The notes below the pieces were generated by a model. It searched no databases. It worked only from the letters and a program-made list of their open reading frames with translations, and was not told the origin of the DNA. This document shows, in pieces, positions 23,770 to 42,029 of a stretch of 64,000 nt of DNA (its first letter is position 1; the number at the start of each line of letters is the position of its first letter). Both the position numbers and the translations under genes were made by a program. The stretch is from positions 62,001 through 126,000 of the forward strand of contig JADEYG010000004.1 of NCBI GenBank assembly GCA_016906335.1, read 5' to 3'. Source of the stretch: Novakomyces olei. Taxonomy: Eukaryota.

Positions 23770-24238
23770 TTTGCAGCTCGCTCCTCCCTCTGTCGTACAA
23801 GTGCAATGCGCAAAGCACAGCCAGCAACGAAATTTTGGCGGCAGCAATACAATATAATATAGAGTGTATAGTGAAAATATAATTTTAATTAAATATATTG
23901 TGATTAATACAGGCAATATAATTATTTGCTACATATAATATCAAGTTCAATACTGAGTCCAATAAATACTACACAATAAATATTTCACAATAATACTACA
24001 TATGATAAATTCTGTGGATTGAACGACGACAAAATATTGTATTAATATATTGTCAATATATTGTGAAAATATCGCATTTGATATACAATACAGTATACAG
24101 TATACAGTATCAGTATCAGTATCAGTATAATTATATACAATAAAATATATTGGAAAATAACAGTAGAGCAAACCAGACCAACTCTGATCTCTGTATATTT
24201 GACGCTGGCGCAGCCAGTCTGCTGCCTTGAGTGATACG

Positions 24239-26418
24239 ATGAATCAGCCTTTTAATAGGCCACCGCCAGCGCAGGCTGGGCGTGTTGGCAGTCTTGGAGC
24301 CGCACCTAATCCTGGTCGTGGAGGTATACAGTGGATAATTAATTGCCTTTCTTTGTCCTAACCTCTTATCTCAGCAGCGCCTCCTCCTCCTCCTCAGTCA
24401 GCCGAGGCATTACGTATGCGAATGCCGGGTGCGCCAGTCACAAACGGGTTCGCTCATCGACCGAACAGCACCAGCAGCAATAACGGCAACAGCACTAGTA
24501 GCAATGTAATGAACAGCAATATGAACGCGACCTCTCCAACGGCCGCTAATTCTGCCGCTTCATACTCGCGAATATCAGCGACCCCTCCGCGGCCAAACGG
24601 ACCGGGTTCTTGGCCTTATACGAGTCAGCCTCCAGGACTGCAGCCGCAGCATCAGATACCTCAGAATTCTCAGCAAGCAAATTTTGGTAGTCATCAGTTT
24701 GCTCAGCAACGGCCACAGCAACAGCAACAGCAACAGCCCAGACAGCAAACCTCTTCACTAGATTTTCATGATTTTCCTCCTTTGAGTGGAGCAATACCAC
24801 GTGCATCACCTTCACGCCACCCGGCTTACGCTGACGGAGCCAATCAGTGGGCCCAGTCGGCAGCGTCAGCTCCTCAGCAGGCTCAAAGTAACGGACCGGC
24901 TCCAGGTTACGCGTCGAATGATGCTGGTGGCGGAGAGCTGTTGCCGTCAGCTTACTCGTCTAATACTCTGCAGCAAATGCTTCAAACAGCGCCCCAGGCG
25001 GGGACGCCTACTTTATTAGCAATGCAGTCCCAAAAGACTGGTGGTAAGTCACGATGCTAGAGGCCTCAAGTCAGGCCTTTACTATTTGATTTATTTCTGT
25101 TTTTTACATATCATATTGGTGAATTTTACCGTATCTTTAGATATTTCCCGTACGATCTGCTGTCTCATTTACGTGTATTCATGTATCGCGTCTTTAAAAT
25201 TTGATTGTCCTCTTTGGCTTTATTTTAATTTAGTCTGTTATTGTTATTGCCCAATAAGTTTGCTATTCTGGTGTTCTGACCAATAAACAGATGCGCATGC
25301 GCAATCAGGTGGACAAGAAGGACGGTCAGATCTGCAAGAGCCAAGTACACTGGATACAGCATCTGGAAATGCTGAAGAGAACGACCAGGACCGGTTTATG
25401 TTACGCGGTGTGCTTCCATCTTTACTTTTAAGCCAAGGCAATTTGCCAAATATTGCTCTTGGTGAGGATATAGGAAGGCTGAGCCTTGACTTTGAGCGGG
25501 AAAGGTACATAATTTTTTTTTCTTGTTTCAATTCAATTCAATTCAAATTGAATTGAATTGAATTGAATTCCTTCTATTAAGCTCAGCTCTCAGCAATGAT
25601 TCTAATTGTCAACAGAGGCCGAAGTTTGGCGTCCACTTTTGTGAGCCCGTGGGAGGAGACTAGTAAGAATGCTAGTCCTTCAACAGTAGATCCATTATTC
25701 TCACTACCTGCCTGCTACGATATCCCGAATCCGCCTCCAGCGGCCACGAAGATCACACAGTTCAGCGACGAGACATTGTTCTATATATTTTATACCTTTC
25801 CGCGCGATGAATTACAAGATCTTGCGGCACAAGAGCTGTATGTGGGCTCCGAAATTAAATCATTTTCTTCTAATAGTCATTGTTTTTTTTTAATATCTTT
25901 TTTATCGAGCTTTCTCGTAATTTGTCCATGATTTCTCAGTCATTTATGTTATAAAGAGTTTCTCTTATCGATTCGCTGCCTGCTGGCTTGCTTTTGTTTT
26001 AATTTATCGTTTTTATTTTGTAGTTTAATTTCATTATTTAGTTTGATTCGTTTCGAGTTTTATACTTGCCGTCTATACATCTTCATTTTTCTAACACTAT
26101 AATAGTACTCAGCGCAACTGGAGGTTTCATAAAGAATGGCGCTTGTGGCTGACAAAAGACTTGCATGTGGAACCTATCCAGCGAACTGCACAGTATGAGC
26201 GAGGCCAGTGTATATTTTGGGATCCCGTCTCTTGGGATCGTGTGGCCAAAGAGGTTGTACTCCTGTACGACAGTCTGGAAGATCGGACGCGGTACCCGTA
26301 CACAATGGCTGAAAGTTTCAGGCTTAAACTGGCCGATGATCCTTCGGAGACGACTACGTCATCACCACGGCCTGAGGACACAGCCTCTGCTCTCAATACT
26401 GCGCCGACAAGTGCCTAA
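24239..26418 (+). CDS. NOT2: CCR4-NOT subunit Not2
   Basis: NOT-box FSDETLFYIFYTFPRDELQDLAAQELTQRNWRFHKEWRLWLTK; introns 24324-24374, 25044-25290, 25505-25615, 25838-26105. Confidence 0.92.
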
Positions 26419-26662
26419 TTAATTACTATAGATCTGGGATCTTGTATTTAATGTGATTTTAGTATGCAAAGACTGTATGTGGGTGATGCCAACAGTACTA
26501 CTGCAAAGGCAATCTGGAACAAAACAACATGGTAGATAGTAGACAGTACAGGCTTGGCCATCTCGGACTAGACCCCGTATATTGAATACAGTTTGAAAAC
26601 AAAAGTATGCGCAATTCACTCGTAACTGCCACGTGCCTTGAAACCTGACGAGATTACTATGA

Positions 26663-27448
26663 CTATGAGGTGATGGAAGACTCTAGCTTTTCCACTATTG
26701 GCTGCATTTCTGCCACAGAGTAAGTATGGAACCCGTGTTCCCGTGTAACACTGGCAATTTGCACGTTCTTTGCGTCCAGTTTCTCCTCCATTACATGCTT
26801 CAAGATCTTTAGCACAAGTAATTCTGCCTCTGACAAAGTTAGACTCGTATGGTACTCGTTCAGCAGCTCCGTTTGAGCGCCCTCAGAACCAGAGCCGATA
26901 GCCTTCGCATCGTATCGGAAAAAAGTTCCGCTCGGCTCCGTGTGATAGAGCTGTGGCCCGTTTTCATCCACTCCAGCTACCAAGAGAGCAACACCAAAAG
27001 GCCGAGACATTTGACGGTCTTCTCCATCCGCACCCTCGCCGAACCGCAAAGCAAGATCACAGATACTCTGTGTACAGCTTTCAACCTTGACGGGCTCTGC
27101 AAAATTGAAGCGATGAGACTGCGACTCCCGGCGAGCGTGGTCCACCATAGTACGAGCATCGGGCGCAGATCCCGACATGGCACAGCCGATATGAGTGTCG
27201 ATCTCCATTATTTTTTCAACCGACGACGGGTCGAGCAGTGATGACGTAACACGTTTCTCAACCGCCAGTACGACGCCCTGAGACGTTGAGACGCCAATGG
27301 CAGTCGATCCAAGCTGCGCGTTAAAACGTCACCTCTTTACTGATAATTATACCTTTATCGCTTCCAGAGCATACTCTACCTGGAACAACCGACCCTCTGG
27401 CGAGTATGAAGAGACGTCGCGATCGTACTCGCTCCTCGTCATAAACAT
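26663..27448 (-). CDS. PUP2: 20S proteasome alpha-5 subunit
   Basis: [44 protein letters not shown]; intron 27314-27352. Confidence 0.96.
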
Positions 27449-27827
27449 GGCGCTTCACACTTGTAAAAAGCAGCAGCAATGCTGTGCTTTGGAACAATTA
27501 AAGTGCGTCAGCAGTGCTTACGCAGGTTGTATATGCAATATATTTACATACTGTATATTTTACAATCATCTATCCGGTTTGATTACATGTAATATCTGCA
27601 CATATAATGCTACCGTATATGTTGCATATATATGCTTGATATATTTTGCATATATATGCTTGATATATTTTGCATACATGCTGGAGTATATGTAGCATAT
27701 TATATGTTAGTAATAATGTAACGCGCATAGACATATAGTATTACTTGGCAAATATACACGTAATCTCAGATGAAACTACTGTATAATCGTCAAGTAATGG
27801 AGCGATCACAGAAATAATAATCAAAAC

Positions 27828-27850
27828 TGACGCGTCAGGAGCGTAAACAA
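27828..27850. promoter_or_regulatory. MCB plus forkhead motif upstream of SMC2
   Basis: TGACGCGTCA 27828-27837 and GTAAACAA 27843-27850. Confidence 0.5.
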
Positions 27851-27972
27851 AGGCCGTGCAAACCTCATTTTCCGAAGCAAAAGGCAGTTTCTGCCTCGTA
27901 AACGGGCCGAAATTGCTCTGGAAGGTGTCGCTACTTACTTTCCTTTAGCTTTCGAGCAGTTTGCCGAGGAAA

Positions 27973-30900
27973 ATGCGGATTGAAGAGCTTATTATTGACG
28001 GCTTCAAGTCGTATTCAGTGCGTACTGTTATTTCCGGTTTTGATGCGTCTTTTAACGCGATCACCGGCCTTAACGGCTCTGGCAAGTCCAATATACTGGA
28101 CGCTATCTGTTTTGTTCTTGGCATTACCAATATGTCTACCGTCAGAGCCCAGAACCTTCAAGACCTGATATATAAACGCGGCCAAGCGGGCGTGTCAAAG
28201 GCCAGTGTTACTGTCGTGTTTGATAATTCGGCGCCTGGAGGTCCGATCGGGTTTGATGAGTATAAGCAAATCACCGTTACACGGCAAATAATGATGGGCG
28301 GTACTACAAAGTATCTCATAAACGGCCATCGCGCACAGCAGCAAGTAGTGCAAAATTTGTTCCAGTCTGTGCAGCTAAACATAAACAACCCTAATTTTCT
28401 GATTATGCAAGGTAAAATTACCAAAGTACTAAACATGAAACCTCAGGAAATTCTCTCCCTTATTGAAGAGGCCGCGGGAACGCGCATGTTTGAAGAGCGC
28501 AAGGAACGTGCTATCCGTACAATGGCTAAAAAGGATGCTAAAATGGACGAGATCAATACCCTTTTAAAGGAGGAGATTGAACCCAAGTTGGACAAGTTGC
28601 GGGCTGAAAAGACTGCTTATCTTGAATTTCAACAGGTGCAAAAGGACGTGGAGCGCTTGTTACGTCTAGTTGTTTCCCACGATTATGTCCACTTTGCCGA
28701 GAAGCAAGCTCGCGTCTCGCAGGAACATGCTGCAAAAACCGATCATTTGGCTCGTTTGAATGGCACTCAGGCCCAACTCGGCAAGGAAATTGCTTCTGTA
28801 GAGCAGCAGCTAGAGGAGCAGTATGCTGTTCGGGAGAGAGAAATGCGCAAGGGCGGGCATTTTGCTGAGCTAGAAGAGAAATTACGGGAACGCAATAATG
28901 ATCTCGTTAGACTCAATACCACAATCGAGCTTAAATCTACCACTATCACAGAAGAGCAGACTCGATTGGACGATATTTCCGGAAAGATTGCTGATGTAAG
29001 TTTGCATTTACTCTGCGTCGTGGTTTTCTTTGATGATTTTTTCAAATTTTGTTTTATCGATTTAAATTATAAAGTTCCTCTAACGTTTAGTATAAATCGC
29101 AAAAGCAAACTAAACTGGCGAAATTCAATGAAATCAAAGCCGAGTTTGATACACGCAAGGCCGAGCACGATACTAAATCGCGCCAACTTGCAGAAAAGCA
29201 AGAACTGCTGGAAACGCTATCTACCGGTATTGCTGTTCGCGCGGGTGAGGGAAATGGGTATCAGGATAAGTTGAACGAAGCCCAAAAGCAATACCAGGAA
29301 GCACTCAACGAAGCTGAAATGGTCAAAATGCAGGTAAAGCATCTTGAGCAACGCGTTTCAGATCAAAAGTCAAGCGTAGATAAAGCAAAAAAACACATGG
29401 AACGCTTTCACAAGGAAGTTGATGCTCTAAAGCATGAGCACGAAGAGCTGCAACGGTCTCTTGATCAGCTACACCACAACGAAGAAGAGTACAATAATCT
29501 TCAAGCTCGCCGGACAAAGCTTATTCAGCAAGTCAAAGCATTGACTCAAGAACTCGATGCTTTGAATCGAAGCAAACCTGGCCTAGAGTTCGCGTACAGT
29601 GATCCAACACCTAATTTTGATCGGAGTACAGTCAAGGGCCTTGTAGCCCAGCTGTTTACTATTAAACCGGAAAATAAAGCAAAGGCAACTGCCCTCGAAA
29701 TTGCCGCGGGGGGTCGACTTTATAACGTATGGCTTGACTAAATATTAAACCAGAGATTTTATATAAACGATACAAAATAAACATCGATTAAACTGTTGGC
29801 TATTGCTGTTTTTTGTTATTTATTTATTTTTGGATTTATTTAATATGATTTATTCAATTCAATTCAATTTAATTTAATTCAATTTAATTCAATTCTATTC
29901 TATATTATTTAATTGTTTTGTATATTTGTTTTTGTTTATCATTTTGCTAATATATATTCAGGTTATTGTGAACACCGATAAAGTTGGTTCACAATTACTG
30001 TCAAATGGTCGGCTAAGGAAGCGTGTAACAATTATCCCACTCAACAAAATATCGGCCTTCAAACCTCAGCGTGAGCGTGTTGAGGCGGCCAAGAAAATAG
30101 CGCCAAACTGTGTTGATCTTGCGATAGATCTGGTCGGGTATGAAGGAGAAATTAGAGCAGCTATGGAGTACGTCTTTGGTGGAACTTTGGTCTGCACGAC
30201 AGCTGACGTCTCCAAGCGTGTAACGTTTGATTCTGCAGTCCGTCTTAAATCTGTTACTGAACAGGGAGACGTTTACGATCCGGCAGGAACGCTTTCCGGA
30301 GGCTCAAATGCGTCTTCGAGTGGGGTTTTGCTTCATTTCCAGGAGATGCAAAGCCTCAAAGACAAATTGGCCGCTGTTAGATCAGAGCTATCTGTGGTCG
30401 AAACCGAGATCAAATCCTGTGAAGCAGCAGTGCAAAAAGCGCGGCTTCTACAGCAGCAGCGCGACTTGAAAGCGCATGAACTGCAGCTTGCTCGGGAGCG
30501 AGTGGACACGAGTCGTGATGCGCAAGTCGTTAGGGAGACGGAGGAGATGAAGGTTCGAATTAATGAACTGCAGTCCTCGCAGGCTGAGCTTGTTGGCCAA
30601 GCGAAGCAGGGCAAAGAGGCCATTCAGGCGCTTGAGCGGGACATGCAAGAGTTCAGTTCTGATAAAGGACGGAAGCTGTCTGAGCTATCTCACACAGTAG
30701 CCGATTTAACGCAAAAAGTACAGGAAATGGCGGAGCATGTAGAGTCCCGGCAGAGCAGTATTGAGGCAATGCAGTTTGATATTGAGCAGCTGAGCAGTGA
30801 CGCTGAGCACTCACAGTCGCAATTAGAAGCAGGCCGAGCGGCTTGCAAGGCTATGCAGAGCGAAATTGAGCAATTCAAGCAGGACCGGACGGGGCTTGAG

Positions 30901-31824
30901 CGTGAAATTGCTCGACTTGATGCCGGATTAGAGGATGAGCGAAGGCAGCTTTCTGTTTTCAATAGCGAGATTAGTTCGCTAGAGTCTGCGCGAAAGCAAA
31001 AGACGGCTGCTCTTAAGGAAACTGAATTAGAAATTCAGCAAATGGCGCATAGAATGGACACGTCAGCGTCAGAATTAGAGCAAATCTCGTCAACTCTTTT
31101 GCAGCTTGAGAGCGAGCACGATTGGATAGCGGAGACGCGCGACCAGTTTGGGGTTCGGGGAACAGCGTTTGACTATAGAGGCCAAAACATTGCTCAGTGC
31201 AAATCGTCACTGCGAACACTGACGGGCCGGTTTGATTCAATGAAGCGTAAAGTAAACGAAAAAGTCATGAACATGATTGATGGAGTGGAGCGTAAAGAGC
31301 GAGATCTCAAGACAATGGTTCGGAAAATCCGGCAGGATCGACGAAAAATTGAAGAGACGATAACGAGTCTGGACGACTACAAGCGGGAAGCGCTGGAAAC
31401 CACGTGGCGCAAAGTAGACGTTGACTTTGGCAATATATTCGGAGAGTTGTTGCCGGGTAACACGGCTAAACTTGTTCCGCCAGAAGGCCAAAACGTTACT
31501 CAGGGCCTGGAAGTTAAAGTGTGCTTGGGCAATGTGTGGAAGGACAGTCTCGTCGAGCTGAGCGGAGGTCAGAGGTCGCTGATTGCTCTGTCGCTGATTA
31601 TGTCTCTGCTGCAGTTCAAACCGGCGCCAATGTACATCCTGGACGAGGTTGATGCCGCCCTTGACTTGAGCCACACACAAAATATCGGGCGGCTTATCAA
31701 GACACGGTTCAAGGGCTCACAATTTATTGTCGTCAGTTTGAAGGAAGGCATGTTTACAAACGCAAACAAGATCTTCCGTACCCGGTTCATGGACGGGACG
31801 TCTGTTGTGCAGCAGATTAAATGA
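27973..31824 (+). CDS. SMC2: condensin subunit SMC2
   Basis: GLNGSGKSNILD Walker A, hinge AAGGRLYNVIV, LSGGQRS, YILDEVDAALD; introns 28996-29090 and 29727-29961. Confidence 0.97.
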
Positions 31825-32225
31825 GATTTTGTCGATAATTCTAATATTTGTTTATATGAAAACTGTATTTGATATAAAGAAAGGGCAAGGTAAAGCTTTA
31901 TTTCACTGTAATATATATCGTATTTGTATGATACAAACGCTTTATCCTCCAACGCTTGCTTGCTTTGTTTACCCATGGCTGCCGGCCAAGGCAAGCGTTT
32001 TTCACTTTCTCTATTGCTTGTATAGTTTAATCCTTCAGAGCCAGCATCTTTGACATATGTGCATAATGGATTGTCTTGGCAGAGATATGGAACGTAGAAA
32101 TACAAGAAATAATGAATAGATAGAAATGTAATATAAAAAATTTATTAAATAAAATAAATAAATAAATAAATAAGATTAATTAATTAAATTAAAAAAAAAA
32201 GCAGAAAATCAATCGCCGTTCTATA

Positions 32226-32869
32226 TCAAGCATCTGCCCGCGAGCTTTGTAGTACAGCCCGGCGCGCCTGTAAGACCATCTGCTCTCTGCGCTTCCGAAA
32301 GAGCATTTCTCGCTCTTGTCGAGAACTGCTCCAGCCCGGGGAAACGAGCTCATCCGCAGCATTGCCCTCGCTCATTCGGCCAGACAGGCCAAACTTTGAA
32401 ATCAAATTTACATGCTTAACTCCTCCCTTTGACGACGAGGCAACGGGTGCTGCTGCTGATGTTGGTGTGGGTGCTGAAGAGTCGGAATTGTGTTGTGACA
32501 AAGGCGGATCGGCCCGTAAAGCAGTTGGACTGTACAGCTGATAAACGGAAGACGATTCGGGCGGCATTGGCAGTGTTGCTCCGGCGAGTAACTTTTCCGT
32601 TGTCGTCTCAACACTTCGAGTTCTCTGCAGGTCATAAGCAATAGCCGCCGCTGGAACATGCGGAAACATGGATCTGATAATCTATACATTAGCAGGAGGA
32701 TGACGATGGTAGATTAGCGATCCATCGATTATACCTCTACACGCGACCGATCAGCCCGGGCAAGCGTCGGCGTATCGGCACTCAGCTCGCCTGATGCAAA
32801 GATCCATCGCAGCGCCAACAGAATGATAATCCCGACCACCACGTGGCCAACGTAGTCTGAGACTGCCAT
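32226..32869 (-). CDS. Cue1/Cue4-like ER membrane CUE-domain protein
   Basis: N-terminal TM helix, MFP CUE motif (MFPHVPAAAIAYDLQRTRSVETT), C-terminal W..RQERE..RREQMVLQARR; intron 32682-32734. Confidence 0.88.
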
Positions 32870-33384
32870 TGCCGCGTACACTGTCGCTCCGATGGAAGAG
32901 TAGTTTGGGGAAGCACAGTCTATTTTATTATTTTATTTTAATTTTAATTTACTTTATTATAACCCTAACTAACCCTTGAATTTATATTCCAAGGCTCAAT
33001 CATCTATATGCAACTCTTATCTAATCAGATCGTTCTCCCGTCAGGGTTTTCCCATCTTCGAGCAATTTCTCGCTTTACCAAATAAATAATTTTTATTAAA
33101 TTAGCGTAACGGCCGTGAAGCCAACGTTTTGACAAACAGAGGCACGTGGCAGTGGAGGCTCGTGCTTGTATTTATAAAAGCCGCCATACAGATATCCTTT
33201 TTTATTTTCCACGTTTTCTTTTGCGTTTTTTTCTACGGTTTTCTTCCACGTTCCTCAGTCGTTACGGTGACAAAACGGCAGTTTGCGCAAGCGAAGAATA
33301 ATCATCTCTGCCAAATCTCGGCGAACAGTTGACCCGTCAAGTCTGTTGCTCACTCTTTTAAATTTATATTAGGGTCTTTTCAGT

Positions 33385-35440
33385 ATGAGTAACAGCGTTC
33401 ACGCGCTCAAGGCTCTTCGCCTTGCGGTCGCAGCTCAAATGCAAACTGCTGCGACCGGATCAAGTCCGGTTCAGGCTCGCTGTGCGGCTCGAGCTTATTG
33501 CAGCTGGAATAGACGGAATACGACAACGGCATTTTATACGGGTAAGCCAGCCTCGGATCCGACAGGCAAAGCGTTCAGTAACAGATCATGCTTCCACTCT
33601 TCCTCGCCCTGTGCCATGAAAGATCCATACAAGACCTTGGGTGTGGCCAAGAGCGCTAACAAGGGCGATATAAAGAAGGCTTATTTCCAGGTAAGTTGGA
33701 CTGAACTTTTTGGGACTCTGTCTTGTTATTGATTTATCTATTTTTTATGTTTTTGAGATTTATACTCTGTGAAATGAACACTACTGATCGGTATAGCTCG
33801 CAAAACAATATCATCCGGATACCAACAAGGACGAGAAAGCACAGGAAAAGTTTATCGAGATTCAGCACGCTTATGAGGTATGGCTACATTTAAAGGATTC
33901 AGAATGATTTACTGGCGTTTATACTCTTTTCAGTTTGTTTCCCGTTGTACTTTTCATTCTCCTCTTGCAAATCTGATCCATTTTGATCTTTTATCATATC
34001 ACTATATTTATAAAGTCACAAGTCCAACTAACAACAGGTGCTTTCCGACGCGACTAAACGTGAGCAACTCGACTCCCTGGGCGCACAGGCTTTCACTGAC
34101 TCGGGCGAATTTAACCCTGGAGCTGCGGCTGGAGCAGGTGGAGCAGGTGGACCTGGCTTTGAAGGATTTGGTGGGGGCTTTGGTGGAGGATTTGGTGGAG
34201 GCTTTGGAGGCTTTGGCCCTGGTGGAATAAACCTGGACGATTTCCTAGGAGCCTTTGGTGCGGGCACTGGTGGGCGTTCTCGAAGAGCCTCTCCTTTCCA
34301 AGTCGTAGTAGGAAACAACATAGAGGCTACAGCTACATTGACATTTATGGAGGCGGCTAAAGGCACAGTTAAGCCGGTGACTGTAGCTCAATTACAGTCG
34401 TGCAAGACTTGCCATGGATCGGGATTAAAAGCAGGAAAAACTCGGAAGTCATGCAGCGTTTGTGGAGGAAGTGGCCACCGTGTTCATATAATGCAAGGCG
34501 GATTTCAAATGGCCACTACCTGTGAGGCGTGCAACGGCGAGGGCACCCAAATCCCAGCTGATGCTGCCTGCCCATCCTGCCATGGCCAGGGAGTAGTCCG
34601 GGAAAGAAAGACACTACAAGTTGATATCCCAGCGGGGCTTCAAGAAGGCATGCGACTAGAGATCTCTGGAGAAGGTGATGCTGTTGCTGCGAGTGAAGCT
34701 CAGGGAGCCAAAACTCGGCCTGGAGATTTGGTTCTGCAGATCCATATACTGCCCCATCCAACGTTCAAACGTGAGGGGGCCAATGTAGTCCATACACAAA
34801 ATATACCCATGACAACGGCCGCGCTCGGGGGTAAAGTCAAAGTACCAACACTCGACGGAGAAGTGGAGGTCAAAGTGCCCGCTGGCACAAATGCTAATGA
34901 TACCATCACAATGTCGGGTAAAGGGCTGCGGAGACTTGATCGGAGATCAGGCAGGGGCGATTTTAAGATTGCTTTTCATGTTCAAACTCCGCGGGCTCTT
35001 TCTCCTTATGAGCGACAGCTATTGGAGCAGTTTGCTATTTCTAGAGGGGATTCTACCCAGCAGCAGCAGGATTGGTAGGCGATTTGATTTTGATCTGCAT
35101 TTGTTTTATATACAGTTTTGTAATTTGCTACAATAGATTTACTCTTTTATTACAGTGAGAGCTACTCTTTTTAATTGTTTTGTGTCTTGTTATCATTTTA
35201 TGTTTTATTTTTCTAGACTTTCAGACTGACAACAGGTCGGGCGCCACTAAACTAAACGATCAAGACGCGGACTCTAATGTATCTGGTACAAGCGCCGATC
35301 AGACAAAGGCCACGGAACCGGGAAAAGAGGGATTCTTCAAACGGTTGTCGAAAAAGCTGCATCATTCCTCGGATGCTGGAGATTCCAGCAAAGATGATGT
35401 AAAAAAGGAGGGCGATGAAAAGAAAGAGAGCAATGCGTGA
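33385..35440 (+). CDS. MDJ1: mitochondrial DnaJ (type I Hsp40)
   Basis: Presequence, J domain with HPD, G/F region, four CxxCxGxG motifs; introns 33691-33796, 33878-34037, 35075-35235. Confidence 0.93.
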
Positions 35441-35907
35441 TCTTTTTGCATTTCTTTTGAATGGAACGAACGATATGACGTACGCAATAGAATTATAGAG
35501 TCAATTTGCAAAATTAGCATCGGCACACGCACATCTCCTTCACGTTCGTAATGTATTATTATTTTTTGATAAACCCCAAATAAATAGCTCAATAGTTATG
35601 CTTTTCCACATTAGACTTTGGTAAACATGTGTCAAGGAAAACAAATATAATACTGTGTTTCCAAGAAGGATTATTATTATTATTATTATTATTATGTCTT
35701 ATTTCACAGTTGCAAATTAAATCGAATATAACAACAATCTGTCAAGACTTCCACACAGTTTAACAGCGTGTCAACTTTGTCGGAAAAGCAGACGGCGCAA
35801 GGCGCATGTGCCGCAGTGCACTTGAAGCACAAGAGGCAATTTTTATTTAGTGCCTTTTTCTCTATTTTATTTTGCACGATAGGCACGAGGATCGGTGCTT
35901 CCCTTCA

Positions 35908-39321
<3,414 letters not shown>

Positions 39322-39365
39322 AGATTATAGTTTATCATTTGGTTTTTGAAATACATTACATGTGT

Positions 39366-39404
<39 letters not shown>

Positions 39405-40042
39405 TTTTTCATTCGAGTACTATTATTGCATTGGGTTTCGGGTTTAGATTATGCATACCGCGGATCATAGGCGTTAGACGGTCATTGATAGATATTATTT
39501 GTCAATGTGCATTGTTGTTAAAGCAATGAAACAGGTTTGAAAGTAAAGAGTGCGAATATATTGATTATATACGTAGGTTGGAAAAATGTAGGAAATTTTA
39601 GTTCAACTAAATGATTGACTAGTGTTTGCTAAAACGAATATATGTTTCTTGTAATAAATTGATTCAGTCAAGATAATTGAGACCGGTAAACACACGTAGT
39701 TCCCGAACTCTTGAACAATGATGGACAATTAAATGAGACAATTATACAAGCACAAGAGTTTTTTATAGGCGCTTAAACAAGTATTAAAACCATTTCAATT
39801 ATACACTGCCGATTCCAATTAAAAGCAACTGCTATCAAAATTCCTGCAATTCCATTGTTTATCGCACGAATGGATTGGACGAGAAGGCGGCAATTATAAA
39901 TAGTCTCGTAAAGCGAACGGTCTGTATAGTGGAAACTGTATTGCGGGGATTTTGTTTTGTAATTTATACAGCATGTGCGCCTTGTCACTAGCATCGCAAA
40001 ACATACTCCTGGCTCAAATTACTTGGGCACTGGATTATGTAA

Positions 40043-41482
<1,440 letters not shown>

Positions 41483-41555
41483 AATAGGTACTAAATTATG
41501 GAATGATAGTCTGAGCACTATGCATGCGAGTATCTATTAGGAAAATTAGGAAAAA

Positions 41556-41733
<178 letters not shown>

Positions 41734-42029
41734 ATATATATATATATAATTTATTGACTGGGGCTTGGAATATAAAGGCTTTTCATTATGTTCATAAAAT
41801 ACAAGAATCGCTCGCTAAAATCCATCCAACGCTGCAAACACAAAAGCAGCACTAGACTATGGGCCTGGCAAACATATGGTACCCGTAGCGGACTACCTGG
41901 CCAATAGCCAAAGCACTAGTCATAGCCAGCAATGTACAACTAGTCTTTGGAACATGAACTAGACCAGTAGAACAACTAGACCAGTGAAATAGCCACTAGC
42001 AGCTAATAATAATAATAAAACAGTGCGAC

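Noticed and set aside
28090-28110. Alternative yeast CUG code
   Set aside because: CTG encodes conserved Leu positions such as SMC2 SNILDA and YILDEV, so the code appears standard
39773-39994. 73-aa ORF divergent from AAT2
   Set aside because: No recognisable motif or convincing splice model
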